This document shows, one piece after another, positions 1 to 12,577 of a DNA stretch of 64,000 bases (position 1 is its first letter; every line of letters starts with the position of its first letter). The stretch is from assembly GCA_035084275.1 (NCBI GenBank), contig CM068745.1, positions 82,646,001-82,710,000 of the forward strand. Direction: 5' to 3'. A model generated the notes under the pieces. That model had not been told where the DNA came from and ran no database searches. It worked only from the letters and a program-made list of their open reading frames with translations. Origin of the DNA: Hydrolagus colliei (lineage: Eukaryota). The position numbers and the translations under genes are program-made.

Positions 1-3000
1 GTCTCTAATCAAGCGTGTCCCTATTTGCTGCAAAGTGAAGCTCCCTTTACGCTGACCTCACAACATGTATCATCCATTTTTGTTTCAAATTAAAACATTG
101 GATCAAATTTCCACCTGTCTCCTCAGATTTATTCCAAGATCCATCCCATGACACTGTTCCAAAAGACAAAGGGAGACACCCTCTCGGTGTCCTCATTATC
201 ATTCCCCCATCAATTCATTTGTCATTCACCTCAGGCCTGCGATGTGGGACATTTGCTGGTGTCAAAATACAGTCACTATGCTTGGCAGTACAGTAGTTAC
301 TTGTGAAGTACTTTCAGACTCGTCAGTGTGATAAAATGCTGTACATTCGGAAGGGGCTTCTAGATCAACACCTGCCTGGAAGCTTGTTCTCAATGTCAAG
401 TTATGCTATTTTAAGCATTAAACTCCCATCGGTGTCACCCCCGATGCATATATTGACTCAGTTTGGACACTTTAAAGCATTGTGCTGGGTTTCCACATGT
501 GCCAGACAGACACTTTGGCCGGCCAAAACAAATGTTTCTTTACAAAGTAGAATAATTTCCAATTGCGAAATCACCAACCAAACAGGGCAGTTGTGTGAAT
601 TGGAAGCCAATCTTGTGTTGTTGGGGGAGAGAGAGGGTGTTGTTATATTGTATCATCTCATAAATCGGTTCAATGTAGAAAAAACTATTATTGAACTCCA
701 CCCCGCAATCATTTAAGGGTGCGAATGAGATTTCTAACAATGCTTCACAAAACAGAATTACCTGCTGAAAATTGTTCTTAATAACTTTGGACCAACTGAT
801 TGTTCGCCTCAAGGCTGAGTGTGGAATTTTTGTTGGTGCGGCCAATAAAACAGTCACTACACTTGATAATGCTTTGCGATGTTCCCGCTTCATTGTGCTT
901 CAGCGCGGTAAAAAAAAGGAGTTAATAGAACTCCTATTTCAACTGCTGAGCTCTGGGCAACGGAGCAAAGGAAGCTGACTTGATGGATGAGCTATATAGG
1001 ACTTTGCTCAAACTGAGATTAAAGTTTCTGAATTAAAACCTCACCCCCTCCCAACCTCACCCGCACCCAACAAGGAATATGATCACTACTCTTGCAGCCC
1101 ACATGTTGGGTTTCACCAGAGGTCTTGAATTAGCTTTTGGCTCAAAAAAATATGCCAAACCCCAATGCTTGGAGTTTTAAGGTTGTGGGTACAGAGTAGA
1201 GTGGTGGGTCGACAGTGTGTGATGCCAGTCTTTCAGTTTAATTACTCAAGTCTGTGCCAAAGCAGATGGTATATTTAAAAATAAAATGTGCAAATGAGCT
1301 GCCTTAGTCTAAAACTCCTTTCCATTTCATCAGTCTGAATCAGGCTCCGGTCCTCCACAACAGTTTAATTTTGTTTCCCCCTCCTCGTTTTTTTTTACAA
1401 AAGAATACAATATCTTCTAAACTCTGTCAGAAAATTTGCTCAACGCTCTGGAAGATTAATGTTGTCTGGAATGTTTTTTCAATGAACGGTTCATATCCTG
1501 TTATGTTAGCAAACTGGATTTTTGCTTGTTTAATACTTGTCTAATGCGGACTCCTGTAGTTTAATGGTTAAGAGCGTCGGCCTCTCAACCGAGAGGACCT
1601 GAATTTGGTTCCCAGCAATTGCTAGCATTGCTAGGAAGAGTTTCCTCGCTCCGCATGTCTCTGTTTGCCTAGAAGTAAAGTGAGAACCCAGTTGTTCATT
1701 GATTAACAATTGTTTTTCCAGGGGTTATACAGTAATTGCTTTTTTTAAAAACTCAATCCACAACTGTTTGAGGGACACTGTTGTGCACAATTAGCCCCCG
1801 GGTTTCAAAATATACAGTCAATTCACTTTACAGTATCTACCTGGCCAAAGCGTGTGCCGGATATTCAGCCGAAAACACAATTTATTTTTAGAATGAAAAA
1901 AATTACATTGTGCCGGAAAAATTCCGCTTAATCGAATGGGGACCTTTGTTTTGGAGGTGCCAGTTATACGGAAGTTACGGTTGATTGGGTCACGGATAAA
2001 CAGGCTTTTATTGTACTGTGAAGCGCTTTGAGACGTCTTATATATAATGATAAGGTGCTATATGAAATGCAAGGATTATTATGTTTTTGAGTGTAAAGCT
2101 GAACGACAGAAAATTTAAGAGGTTATTTTGCTGTGTTATATAACTAGAAGGATTTGCAGAGAGCTGCTGCGCTATAGGATACCAGATGATGCAGATATGT
2201 TTACAGATTCAAATTCTTTTCTCTGTTGTTAGTTGATCTCAACCCGGCCAGTACGCGAGGGTGCGAGAATTAATATTCCTTGTATAGTAATAATAATCCC
2301 TGCATTTGATACAATGCCTTATTGCGTGATTGAAACACATCACCCCACGGGGTATACTGTAACATGATGTGGCTGTGTGTGGTTTATAGGTGAACGCAGC
2401 AGCCAATTTTCTGCAAAAGCAATCTTCCCACACAACAGCCATGAAGGGAATACATTTTTTAGATGAGGGATTAATGTGGCAAACTCCCTACTCTTAAGAC
2501 TCGGGGTTTGTTTGTGTCGGCGGAGGGGAAAGGCAGGATTCCCATCACTCCCTCGCCATCCATAGCCCCCTGTTGAAGGGTGTGCGGGGAATGGAGCAGT
2601 GGAGGGGTTGGGGTGGAGTGGGGGGGGGGGGGGGGGGCTGGGGAGGAGAGAGAGATTTGGCAATGCTGGAGAAGGACTATTTACAAAAACTTGCAATTAC
2701 TGTATATATAAAGCGGGTGTGACTTGTTTTCCTGTTACACACAAACGCCACTTGAGGATGTAGTTCATGTATTATTACGGTAGTCGAGGGTTTTGCAGGA
2801 TTTATACCAAAAAAAAGCATTCTATATTTAGAGATGTGTTCGATGTAAACCATTTGCATCTCCTGTGCCCCCGTGTCTGGTCTTCAAATTGTTTTCTACT
2901 TCGAAATCATCAGCTGCCACCTGGTCACAGTCGCTGTATCACTCGTGTCAAAGTACTCCAGAGGGAAGCTGATTAATTCTTGTTTAATGAAAGCGCTCTG

Positions 3001-3149
3001 GTCACTGTAACATAAGGTGTGCTGCCTAGGCTCTAGGTAGAGAGGCAGTGTGTGGAGAGGAGAGAAACGAGGCTAACCACCCCCCCCCCACCACTCACAC
3101 CCCAGTGTTATGAGGAATGAGCTGCGAGTAGCAACTCCGTAAGCCAGAG

Positions 3150-3310
3150 CTCTCTCATCCTCGAAAAGAGACGGATCAGAGGGGACATTACTGAGCTGGG
3201 TACAATCGGATAGAATAATAAACCCCCAAAACGTTGCTTTCAGATAGACCGAGGGAGTAGGGTTTCAATACAGGCATCGGGAAGCAGATATTTATGAAGT
3301 GGAATGGTCA
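3150..3310 (+). mobile_element. Degenerate CR1 fragment (a second short RT relic at ~15378-15445)
   Basis: Reads LEKRRIRGDITELGTI, like CR1 [16 protein letters not shown]; 15378 region reads [14 protein letters not shown]. Confidence 0.55.
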
Positions 3311-3775
3311 GAGTCAGATCCCCGTCAAGCCCTCTGGGATGCAATCCCACCTGAAGGGCAGTGTGTAAATGCAAGTTGTTGTTATAATAACAATAATAAA
3401 TAATAACAATAATCCTTGCATTTGATGTGGCGGCTTTTCACATCTTGTCGACTGTGTCTCAAAGCGCTTCACAGAATATACTGTGAAGTGAATTGTCTGT
3501 ATATATTTGTGGGCGAAACGCGGCAGCCAATTGCGCACAGCAGCGTCCTGTCCCCTCCCCACACACATAAACAGTCGTGGATTGAAAATGACCAATTTTT
3601 AATATTGGGGGTGTTTTTGGGGGGTGTTTTTATTTTGTTGTTATTGCTAAATGGGTTTATTTGGTGCTCACAACTTAAAGAGCATTTATGTAGGGAACCT
3701 CTCTGGTGTCTCAGAGCGCTTAAAAGACTTAATTGACAAATCAATTGTATGGTCTGGGCAGCCACCACACATCGG

Positions 3776-4125
3776 GTGTGAATGGAGGCTGAGGCAGTAT
3801 GAATGAATGGAGGCTGAGGCAGTATGAATGAATGGAGGCTGAGGCAGGATGAATGAATGGAGGCTGAGGCAGGATGAATGAATGGAGGCTGAGGCAGTAT
3901 GAATGAATGGAGGCTGAGGCAGGATGAATGAATGGAGGCTGAGGCAGGATGAATGAATGGAGGCTGAGGCAGGATGAATGAATGGAGGCTGAGGCAGTAT
4001 GAATGAATGGAGGCTGAGGCAGGATGAATGAATGGAGGCTGAGGCAGGATGAATGAATGGAGGCTGAGGCAGGATGAATGAATGGAGGCTGAGGCAGGAT
4101 GAATGAATGGAGGCTGAGGCAGTAT
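3776..4125. repeat. 25-bp minisatellite, 14 copies
   Basis: Unit GAATGAATGGAGGCTGAGGCAG(T/G)AT. Confidence 0.95.
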
Positions 4126-4531
4126 GAGTTGTGTGACAGAGCGATGCATGTTACACCATCTGGAGGAGTAGCTTTCAGGAGCTACCACCCACCCACACAA
4201 ACACATCCACACCACACACACACCCACACAAACACACACACCCACCCACACACACAAACACACACACACACACTGCATTATGAATATGAATCATGCAGTT
4301 GTTGTGATTATAGACACTGGGCTCTTTGTCTATGGTGGATTGCCACGTTTTTAATCGTTTGTCCCAACAACACACTTATTTTCAATGTTACAGAGCGATG
4401 TTAGCAAGTGCTTCTTGTGAGTGTGAAAATTCCACTTAGCATGAGAATTGGGCTACATTTCTAGGGAGGACTGACTAGCTACCCATGCTCGCAGGAACCA
4501 ACCAGGCTCATTCAAGATAACTACTGTCTTC

Positions 4532-4569
<38 letters not shown>

Positions 4570-5992
4570 AGCACACGTTCCTGACCTTATTTAACTAGCG
4601 GTAAGCTATCTTCCACTTAACGTAACATGTTCAGATGGAGAGGAGCTGGCCTTCTGTGTTTAGGGTTAGAAAATTGGCGGCTGTCTTCCACAGATCACTA
4701 AAGCTACTTGAATCTTTTCACTGTATTGCTCTGATGATCCAGCTGTCTCTGGCCACAGCACTTTCTATTTTAGTCAGCAGAGCATCTTGACGCACTCGGA
4801 AACCCCTTCTCCATGAGTAAGAGTATTCAAACCCAAACAAGATGTTTACTAGAATACATATAAATACCTGCATTCTCTCTCCCTGGAAGGACATCAGCTT
4901 AATTAATTCCGGAAAGCATCAGTAAGAGCCAAGCCTTGGAAACCCAAGTGTGTGTTTGTGTAACTGTTGGGGGGCCGAACCACTAAAATAATCATCCGAT
5001 AATCCTTGCGTTTCATATAACGCTTTATCATGTCAAGGTTTCAAAGTGCTTTACGGAATGTTACAGTTAAAGTGAATTTACTGAATGTTTTGCAAGTGAA
5101 AAACCACATTGAGAACGTGGTCTGGCAAGCTTTCACACTGCATGTCCAGCTAGGACCTCCCAATCCATCAGGACTTTGGCTTGTAGGGTTAACAGGAGAG
5201 TAGTTGAGTGGGAAGAATTCCCTTTGATCATGGTAAATTCAACCAAGAGTTGTATTGACTTACAGTATAGAGTTTATCGAAGCGAAAATTACAGGAACAT
5301 CAAACCGCATCATATTCCGTTCTTTTTTAAAAAAAATGTTTTTAATAATTTATTTACCACAATTATGAAACTATATCTCAGCAATTAACTCCGTGCAACT
5401 TGTGTTGATAAAATAGCAGGGACAGCTTAAGTGTGACAACAGTAAATTGTGTTTATATCACACCTTGCACACCAGGAAGATTGCCCACATCACTAGCGAT
5501 GAGCCACCGCAGCTGTGGCTTGGGATCAACAACAACAATTTATATTTTGATTTATATAGCGCCTTCACTCCATGCTGGAAGGCGTCTCAGAGCGATGCTC
5601 CATAACGATGGATCCCAGGACCGAGCCAGGAGCAGGGGTAGAAAGCTGACCGACCAAAGGCGCAGTTGACGAGAAAGGTCTTTAGCTGGCATCTGAAACT
5701 GGGAAGAGAGGAGGGGAGGCGATCAGAGAGGGCTGAAGGCAGGAAGGCTGAGGGTAGGGAATGGAGGAGGGAAGAAGGTTGATAAGGGAAGGTCTTAATT
5801 CTGCCTTGAGGGAGGCAAAGAGAAGGCAAGACAAGTAGTAAAGCTTATAAATGCACGGATAATAGTGTGATGTATAAGGCCTTCCCTCCCCCCCTGTTAA
5901 TTTTTCATGTCTCTAACGCAAGAGTGCTCAAATACTGTGTGAGATCATCTATCTCCCATCCATCTCCCAGCTCAGCTAAGTACCGGTGAAGT

Positions 5993-6200
5993 TCGCTCCT
6001 TCACTCACTCCTTCACTCGCTCCTTCACTCGCTCCCTCACTCGTTCCTTCACTCGCTCCCTCACTCACTCCTTCACTCGCTCCTTCACTCGCTCCCTCAC
6101 TCGCTCCCTCACTCACTCCTTCACTCACTCCTTCACTCACTCCTTCACTCACTCACTCCTTCACTCACTCACTCCTTCACTCACTCACTCACTCACTCAC
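5993..6200. repeat. 12-bp minisatellite decaying into (ACTC)n
   Basis: cactc(g/a)ctcc(t/c)t units. Confidence 0.9.
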
Positions 6201-7068
6201 TGTAAATAAGACGAGTTTGAATGTCAGCTGAATGAGGCCGAGAATCTTGCGCTTCCATCCATCACCGTTGCTTCTCTCGCTCGTATAGTAAATGTAATTT
6301 TATTTTTATACACGGTTGTTCAAATACTCTCCCAGCTTCCAATAATGGGCACTGCCATTTCCAGCCACATACGGAGTGGGGGTGGGGGGGGGGGGGGGTG
6401 GGGGGTGGGGGTGGAGATCTGTGGCTCCAAGGTATTTGGTGCCTCAGCGATGTGGAAAGGCTACAGTATTTCCCCCCTTTTTAACCCAGGAGCACAACAC
6501 TCAGAATGGATTCTGCTGCATGGATGATGAAATCCTAATTTAATTGCTGTCAGAGAGAAGCCACTTTGTTCAGAGCATTTCAGTCAGTGGGCGAGCAGGG
6601 AGGGGGAATGGTGGGTGGGAGGGAGGAGAGAGTGAAAGTGAGCAGTGTGTCTTATCAGACAGTTGTGATGCCTGTCATTTTTGCACGCTAAAAACCTGAT
6701 CGCTTCAAAAGTTTTTTTTTTAAGTTTTGTTTTTTAAAAAAAGGGTATCCGATTGAAGAAATATTTACACTGGGGATGATTCCATCCATGACATTCACAT
6801 TAGGGATTGTCTGAATCTTTATAGTTGTCAGAATATAATGAAACCTCCGTACTCTCTGTGTGTGATAAATTCATGGATAATTTCTGTATCCGCTCCGACT
6901 GACATTAAAAACATATTTCCCTGCCCCTCCCACGCACTAAATTAACCCGGGAAGTTTAGAGAGAATTTTCAAATGTTATCTTTCTTGTTCAATCAGTCAA
7001 TATTCCATTCACTTCTGATAACAGATTGACCGCTAACCATCCAGATCCAAAATCTAGGATAAGAGTTT

Positions 7069-7106
<38 letters not shown>

Positions 7107-7406
7107 ACTCTCTCTGACTTATGGCTGTATGGATCTATGTCTGGGCAGTCTCACTCAACAAAATTTTCAGTCAGTTGCGCTTAGTCACAGCATAAACTCG
7201 CAACATATTTCAGTGTTAATTAGCGCTGAATTGCTGTCAGCTTCGCTCGCTTTCACTTGCGGGTCAGAAGGTTGTGGATTCAAGTGCTACATTGACTGGG
7301 TTTCAGCTCATTGTCTAAGCTGGCACTCCCATCTGTTTGTGTGTGTGTGGTGGTGATGGGGTGGGAACGCTGCTGTGCACAGTTGGCTGCCGCGTTTCGC
7401 CCACAA

Positions 7407-7440
<34 letters not shown>

Positions 7441-7961
7441 GTATGTATATATATATACAGTCAATTCATGTTACAGTATATTCCGCAAAGCGCTTTGAGA
7501 CGTCTAAAAGACGTGAAAAGCGTGTATATCAAATGCAAGGATTATTATCGTTTGCAAAAAGCCATCGAACCGAGGTCCCCCAAAGGCCTTTTCTTCGGGA
7601 CATGATTGAAAATTCTAAGAAGGTGGTAATGCATCTGTTTGTGGAACATCGCTGAGACAAATGGCTAACGCATTTACCGACACTTTGTAGGAGAGCCTTG
7701 AGACATTTCAACCTGATAAGGCACTATAAAGTTCAAGCTTCTCTTTATGACTGACTGACTGACTGATTTTATTAACTTAAAGTGAAATGAAAAAGAGTTT
7801 TGACTCCCGTACCTGCAAAACAAATCTGGCTTTGATTCCAACAGTCCATTAAGATTGTCCCCTAACAGTTGTTAAAGGTGCAATTGTGATTGACGTGTAG
7901 CTTGCGCGCGGATAATGCCTATTTTCTAACATTGTGTGTTACCTGTGTGTTGCTGTTTCAG

Positions 7962-8339
7962 GTGTCTGTACTGCTCAAAGGCTTGTGCAAGTACAAGAGA
8001 GTCCCCTGGTCCGAGCCGAAGGTTATCACATAACCATGAAGTGTAACGTGAGCGGGTACGAGGGCCTAACACAGCAGAACTTCGAGTGGTCGATCTATCT
8101 GCCCTCCGCCCCGGAGAGACAAATCCAGATCATCAGCACCAACGACCCCAGCTTCCCCTACGCCGTGTACGGAAGCAGAGTGCAAAGCAAAGAGATCTAC
8201 ATCGAGAGAGTCGACAGGGACTCAGTGCTTCTACACATCACGAACCTACAAGCTGAAGATGCTGGGCAGTATGAGTGTCACACTCCCAACACAGAATCTA
8301 CCTACTGGGGTTCGTACAGTGCCAAGGGAGATCTGATAG
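7962..8339 (+). CDS. IGSF3: IGSF3 exon, end of signal peptide plus Ig1
   Basis: tttcag|GT..ATAG|gtaag; (G)[32 protein letters not shown]...[23 protein letters not shown]; 378 nt. Confidence 0.96.
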
Positions 8340-11300
8340 GTAAGCAGTATTGGTGGTTTTTAAAAAAAAACACAATTAACCCCATTTCCTTTGTTCGTGC
8401 GCAGCACAAGGCATAACAGCGTTGAAATTTACAAATGTGAAACTTGCACTTTCGCAAAGTAAAAGAGAGGTTCTTGAGCGTAATGCTCCCAATTACTTGA
8501 TAGATGATTCAAAATCTGCCTTTTGTGGGGGCTTTGGGGGATGGTGGGGGGAGGTGCGGGGGGGGGGGGAAAATTTGCACTCGCAAAAAGACATACAGAT
8601 CGAGAACAACAACAATAACTTTGATGTATACAGCGCCCTCCACGCCGGGCAGCGTCTCAGAGCGCTTCACAATAGCGGATCCCGGGATCGAGCCAGGGGC
8701 AGGGGGAGGAGAAAGGTGACCAAAGGCGCGGTCGAAGAGAAAGGTCTTCAGCTGGGACCTGAAACTGGGAAGAGAGGGAGGGGGCGAGGGGAAGGGAGTG
8801 AGGAAGGGAGTTCCAGAGCCTCGGGGCCTAGTGGCTGAAGGCACGGCCGCCGAGGGTGGAGCGGAGGATTCGGGGGGACACGGAGGAGGCCAGACCCGGT
8901 GGAGTGAAGGCAACGGGAGCTGGTTTGAGGAGAGAGGAGGTCGGAGAGGTAGAGAAACCATTAACTGACATTGTGAAGCACGGCAAATTCCATCCATCCT
9001 CTGAATGTACTATCTCTGTTGTGGGCCTTTCGCTTCCTATCAATTCTGTGTCCCCTTATTGGCGGCGTCCGCTTATTGCAGGGCTTCTAATACCAAAAAG
9101 AATGCAGTGGTTAAAATGGCCCCAAGTGCGTTACATTATTCAAAGTAGTTGATGGCAATAGTACTTCGCATCCCAGGATCCTTGAGTAATGAGTCCCAGT
9201 TGGTAACACTTTACCGGAGGAGGTGTTCCTGATGAAGTATCGGCCACAGAGACGAGGAATGGCATTACATGTGCGGCGAACAAAACCACAGTAAATAAAG
9301 CACGGAGCTGCTCATACTGGAGAATTTACATTGAAATATATCATATATTTTGTGTGTTGTTACTCAATCGTGTACATCTGTGCCCTAGGTTTGATTCCTG
9401 GCTGGGAGAAACCTCGGGCAAGCTGTCCATCTGCCTGATAATAATCCCTAAAAACAATATATAGAATAAATTGGTCATTTCAATCCCCGCCTATTTGTGG
9501 GAGGGGGGACATTGCTGTGCGCAATTGGTTGCCATGATTCGCCAACTTATATACAGTCAATTCAATTTACAGTATGTTCTGTGAAGCTTTGAGACATCGA
9601 TAACATGTGAAAAGCGCTATATCAAATGCAAGGATTATTATTATATATGAATCTGCATTGTCCCTCCCCATCACAACATCAAGTTGCTTTTTAAGTGACT
9701 CTGTCTCAAGGCAGAGTAAGGTGCTATGTCAAATGCAAGGATTATTGTATAATTATTATTATTCCAATAATTGAAATGGGCACAACCTAATGTTGATCTC
9801 ATTAATACCGTCAGGTCCATATAGTAGGTACACCACCACTACCAGCACACCACCTCCCTCACCTTTCACAAGATCCAATCCCAAGACTTTAAGCGATGCA
9901 AAATTAAGTGAACTTGCGTACGAATACCGGACGTCGCAACGTTAAATTAATATGATGCTCCCCCAACGTATCAGCAACGTAATAACGAAACAACATTGAC
10001 CGAAGCCACTTTAAGTGAGGGTGTGTGTAAATGTGTGTTGTATTTTTTTTTGCCGTTGGGGCTTGTATAAAATATGGCTCGTAGAACAAATTGTGTGCAG
10101 CTGACCATTCACTGAGATATTGTTAGTTATACCCAATCCTTATACAGCTGTCTGGTGACATTGTTTGTATGATTGGATGTTCTGTAGAACTGTAATAAGC
10201 TTTTCCTGGTGAGTAGAGTAGAGTAGAGGCTTAGCTCTGTTTCTACAGCTATATTTCAACCATTTTTGTGGAAAGACACAGTTGGTCAGATTCAATTCAC
10301 AATCTCTCAAAATAAAACTAAAAATTAAAAATGTAGATAGTCAAAAATAATAAATAATTCATTCTTAATTCAGCAATTTGTCTGCCAGAGGAGCCGACTA
10401 AAAAACACTGCCCGAGGCAGCTTATTACACACGTAAATCTGAAAAATACAACAACAAAAAAAGTACAAAGATAAGCACCTTACCTTAGCCGCAGGCTTCA
10501 CATTATTCCTTCTGTGTCACCACTAATGAGAGTCATTGCTAGACCCGGTGGTGTTAATACCAAGCAATATTTGAGAGCGCAGACATAGTTTATTCTGACC
10601 ATTAGCCACATATTCAGGATTTCCAAACCATTACGGAACTTGCATGGGGTTTGTAGGGGGGTGGGGGGGGGGGCTCGGAGGGAAAGAAAAATCGCACTTT
10701 ATTTTTATAATAATCCTTCACATTTGATATTAGCAACCTGATCGCTCAGTTGAGACATCTCGAAAGTGCTTCACAGAATACAGTTTTGTACATTGATTGT
10801 GCGTTTGCGAAACACAGCAGTGTTCAGTGCTCCAGCAATGTCCCACTATCAATTTCCCACAAACAGCTGTGGATTGAGTGTGAAATTGGGGGAGGCCTGG
10901 GTTATCACCCCCGGCACGCAATCGACTGATCACCGGGTTCCTAGTTACTGTCGGGCCAACAGAGGAGTGCGGAGAGTAAGGAAACTTGCCACACTTTTGC
11001 CCCATCCCAGGATTCGAACCCCACGTACAGTACTCTGGCTTGTGAGAGAGGTGAGAGCTCTCTCTTTCTCTCTCTCTTTCAGCGAGCGCTTAGGCTGCAG
11101 GATTTCCATTTTAAACTAGATTCTTCGCTGCTCTTTTCCGAATGCTTTAAACCCCCCGCTTTGGCAATAGGTCTGCTTATAGGTTAGTAGCGGCTGCAGT
11201 CTCTCCCCCAATGCTGTGCCTGTTGGAGAGGCTGTTCTGCATGCCGGGCCTGTCACAAGTCTTCACTGGCAGTTTCCCCAGCTTCCCATTCCATCCAGGA

Positions 11301-11784
11301 TCACTGTGGCTGACACTGTTCCACTGTGTGTCCGGCGATATGGAATTTTTCCGATATCGATATATCGGTGGTATATCGATATACCAATATATCGATATGA
11401 AAAATTATACCGATATATCGATATATCGCCGGACACTATTCCATTGTCTAATCATCCTTGTGATTGATGTGGGGATGGGGGGGTGGGGGTGGGTGGGGGG
11501 GAGGACATTGCTCTGAGGCACACACAACGCTAGCCGCGTCTGTTGACGAATACAAGGCGCACGATAAGTCTTAATTTAACAAGGCAAGATTTGTACAGGA
11601 ATTGTTTTTACAAAATCTTGCCCGAAGAGTTAGCGTGTGTGCGAAAACGAGAAACGTTGAGAAACTCGCTCAGAATACAGCTTACAGCATCCGAACCCAT
11701 TGGTCCTTAAAGAGAAATTGCAAACCACAGGGACCACCTTTTAAATACAATGTGTAAACCGTCGGTGACTTTCTGTCAAGTGGT

Positions 11785-11818
<34 letters not shown>

Positions 11819-12546
11819 GGTGGAAGGAGTTTTCTTTCCCTTGAGCCTGGATCACGTAAGGAGCTGGATTAATCTAAGCGGTTTGAAAAGAAGCAGAGAT
11901 AGAAGCTCAGTAGGCATTTAATGAGATGGGATATTTCGTTTGGCAACTGTGTGTGCTCGATTGCCGGTGGGTAGGAAATGGTTGCAGACATCGCCGGAGA
12001 TATTTTCTCTCTCTCTCGCTCCTCTCTCTGTGCATAATTTGAAGTGTTAATTATTTTTTTTTTATCTCTGGCCATGTTGTTAAATGGTTTCGATGACGGG
12101 AGGAAAAGATATCTGGTCTGGGCCTGCGGGGATATGTGAGTTTCTCGAAAGAGAATAGACAATTTCACAGAGAACTCGATATCCACACGAAATGGGATCA
12201 GCCCCTTTGTGGTAACGCAGTAATTATCATTGTGGAGGATGGACCACTCTGTCTGTGTGTGCGTGTGCGTGTGTGTGTGTGCGCTGTGCGTATGTTGTGT
12301 ATGTGCGTGTGTGTGTCTATGCACTCGCACACCTCAGGTAAATACGGAATACATACGGAATATGAAACTCATTAGACTGGTTAGGCATTCAGCGTTGTGA
12401 TGGATCTCCGCATGTGAAGCGCATACTCTGTGAAGCGCTTTGAGACGTCGATAAGATGTGAAAAGCGCTATATCAAATGCAAGGATTATGATTATTATTA
12501 TGTATGACACATCACGGTTGACACATCACGCTGACCGAACAAAATG

Positions 12547-12577
<31 letters not shown>

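Noticed and set aside
303-978. ORFs of 68-137 aa at the window start
   Set aside because: No recognisable domain or exon structure; mutually overlapping on both strands.
3776-4125. CRISPR-like regular repeats
   Set aside because: No unique spacers, no cas genes, eukaryotic context.
3469-4278. 269-aa minus ORF with repeats
   Set aside because: Made of a SINE piece, the 25-bp minisatellite and (CA)n.
4627-4790. Short hydrophobic ORFs (MFRWRGAGLLCL.., MIQLSLATALSIL..) as the signal-peptide exon
   Set aside because: Neither ends in a phase-1 GT donor.
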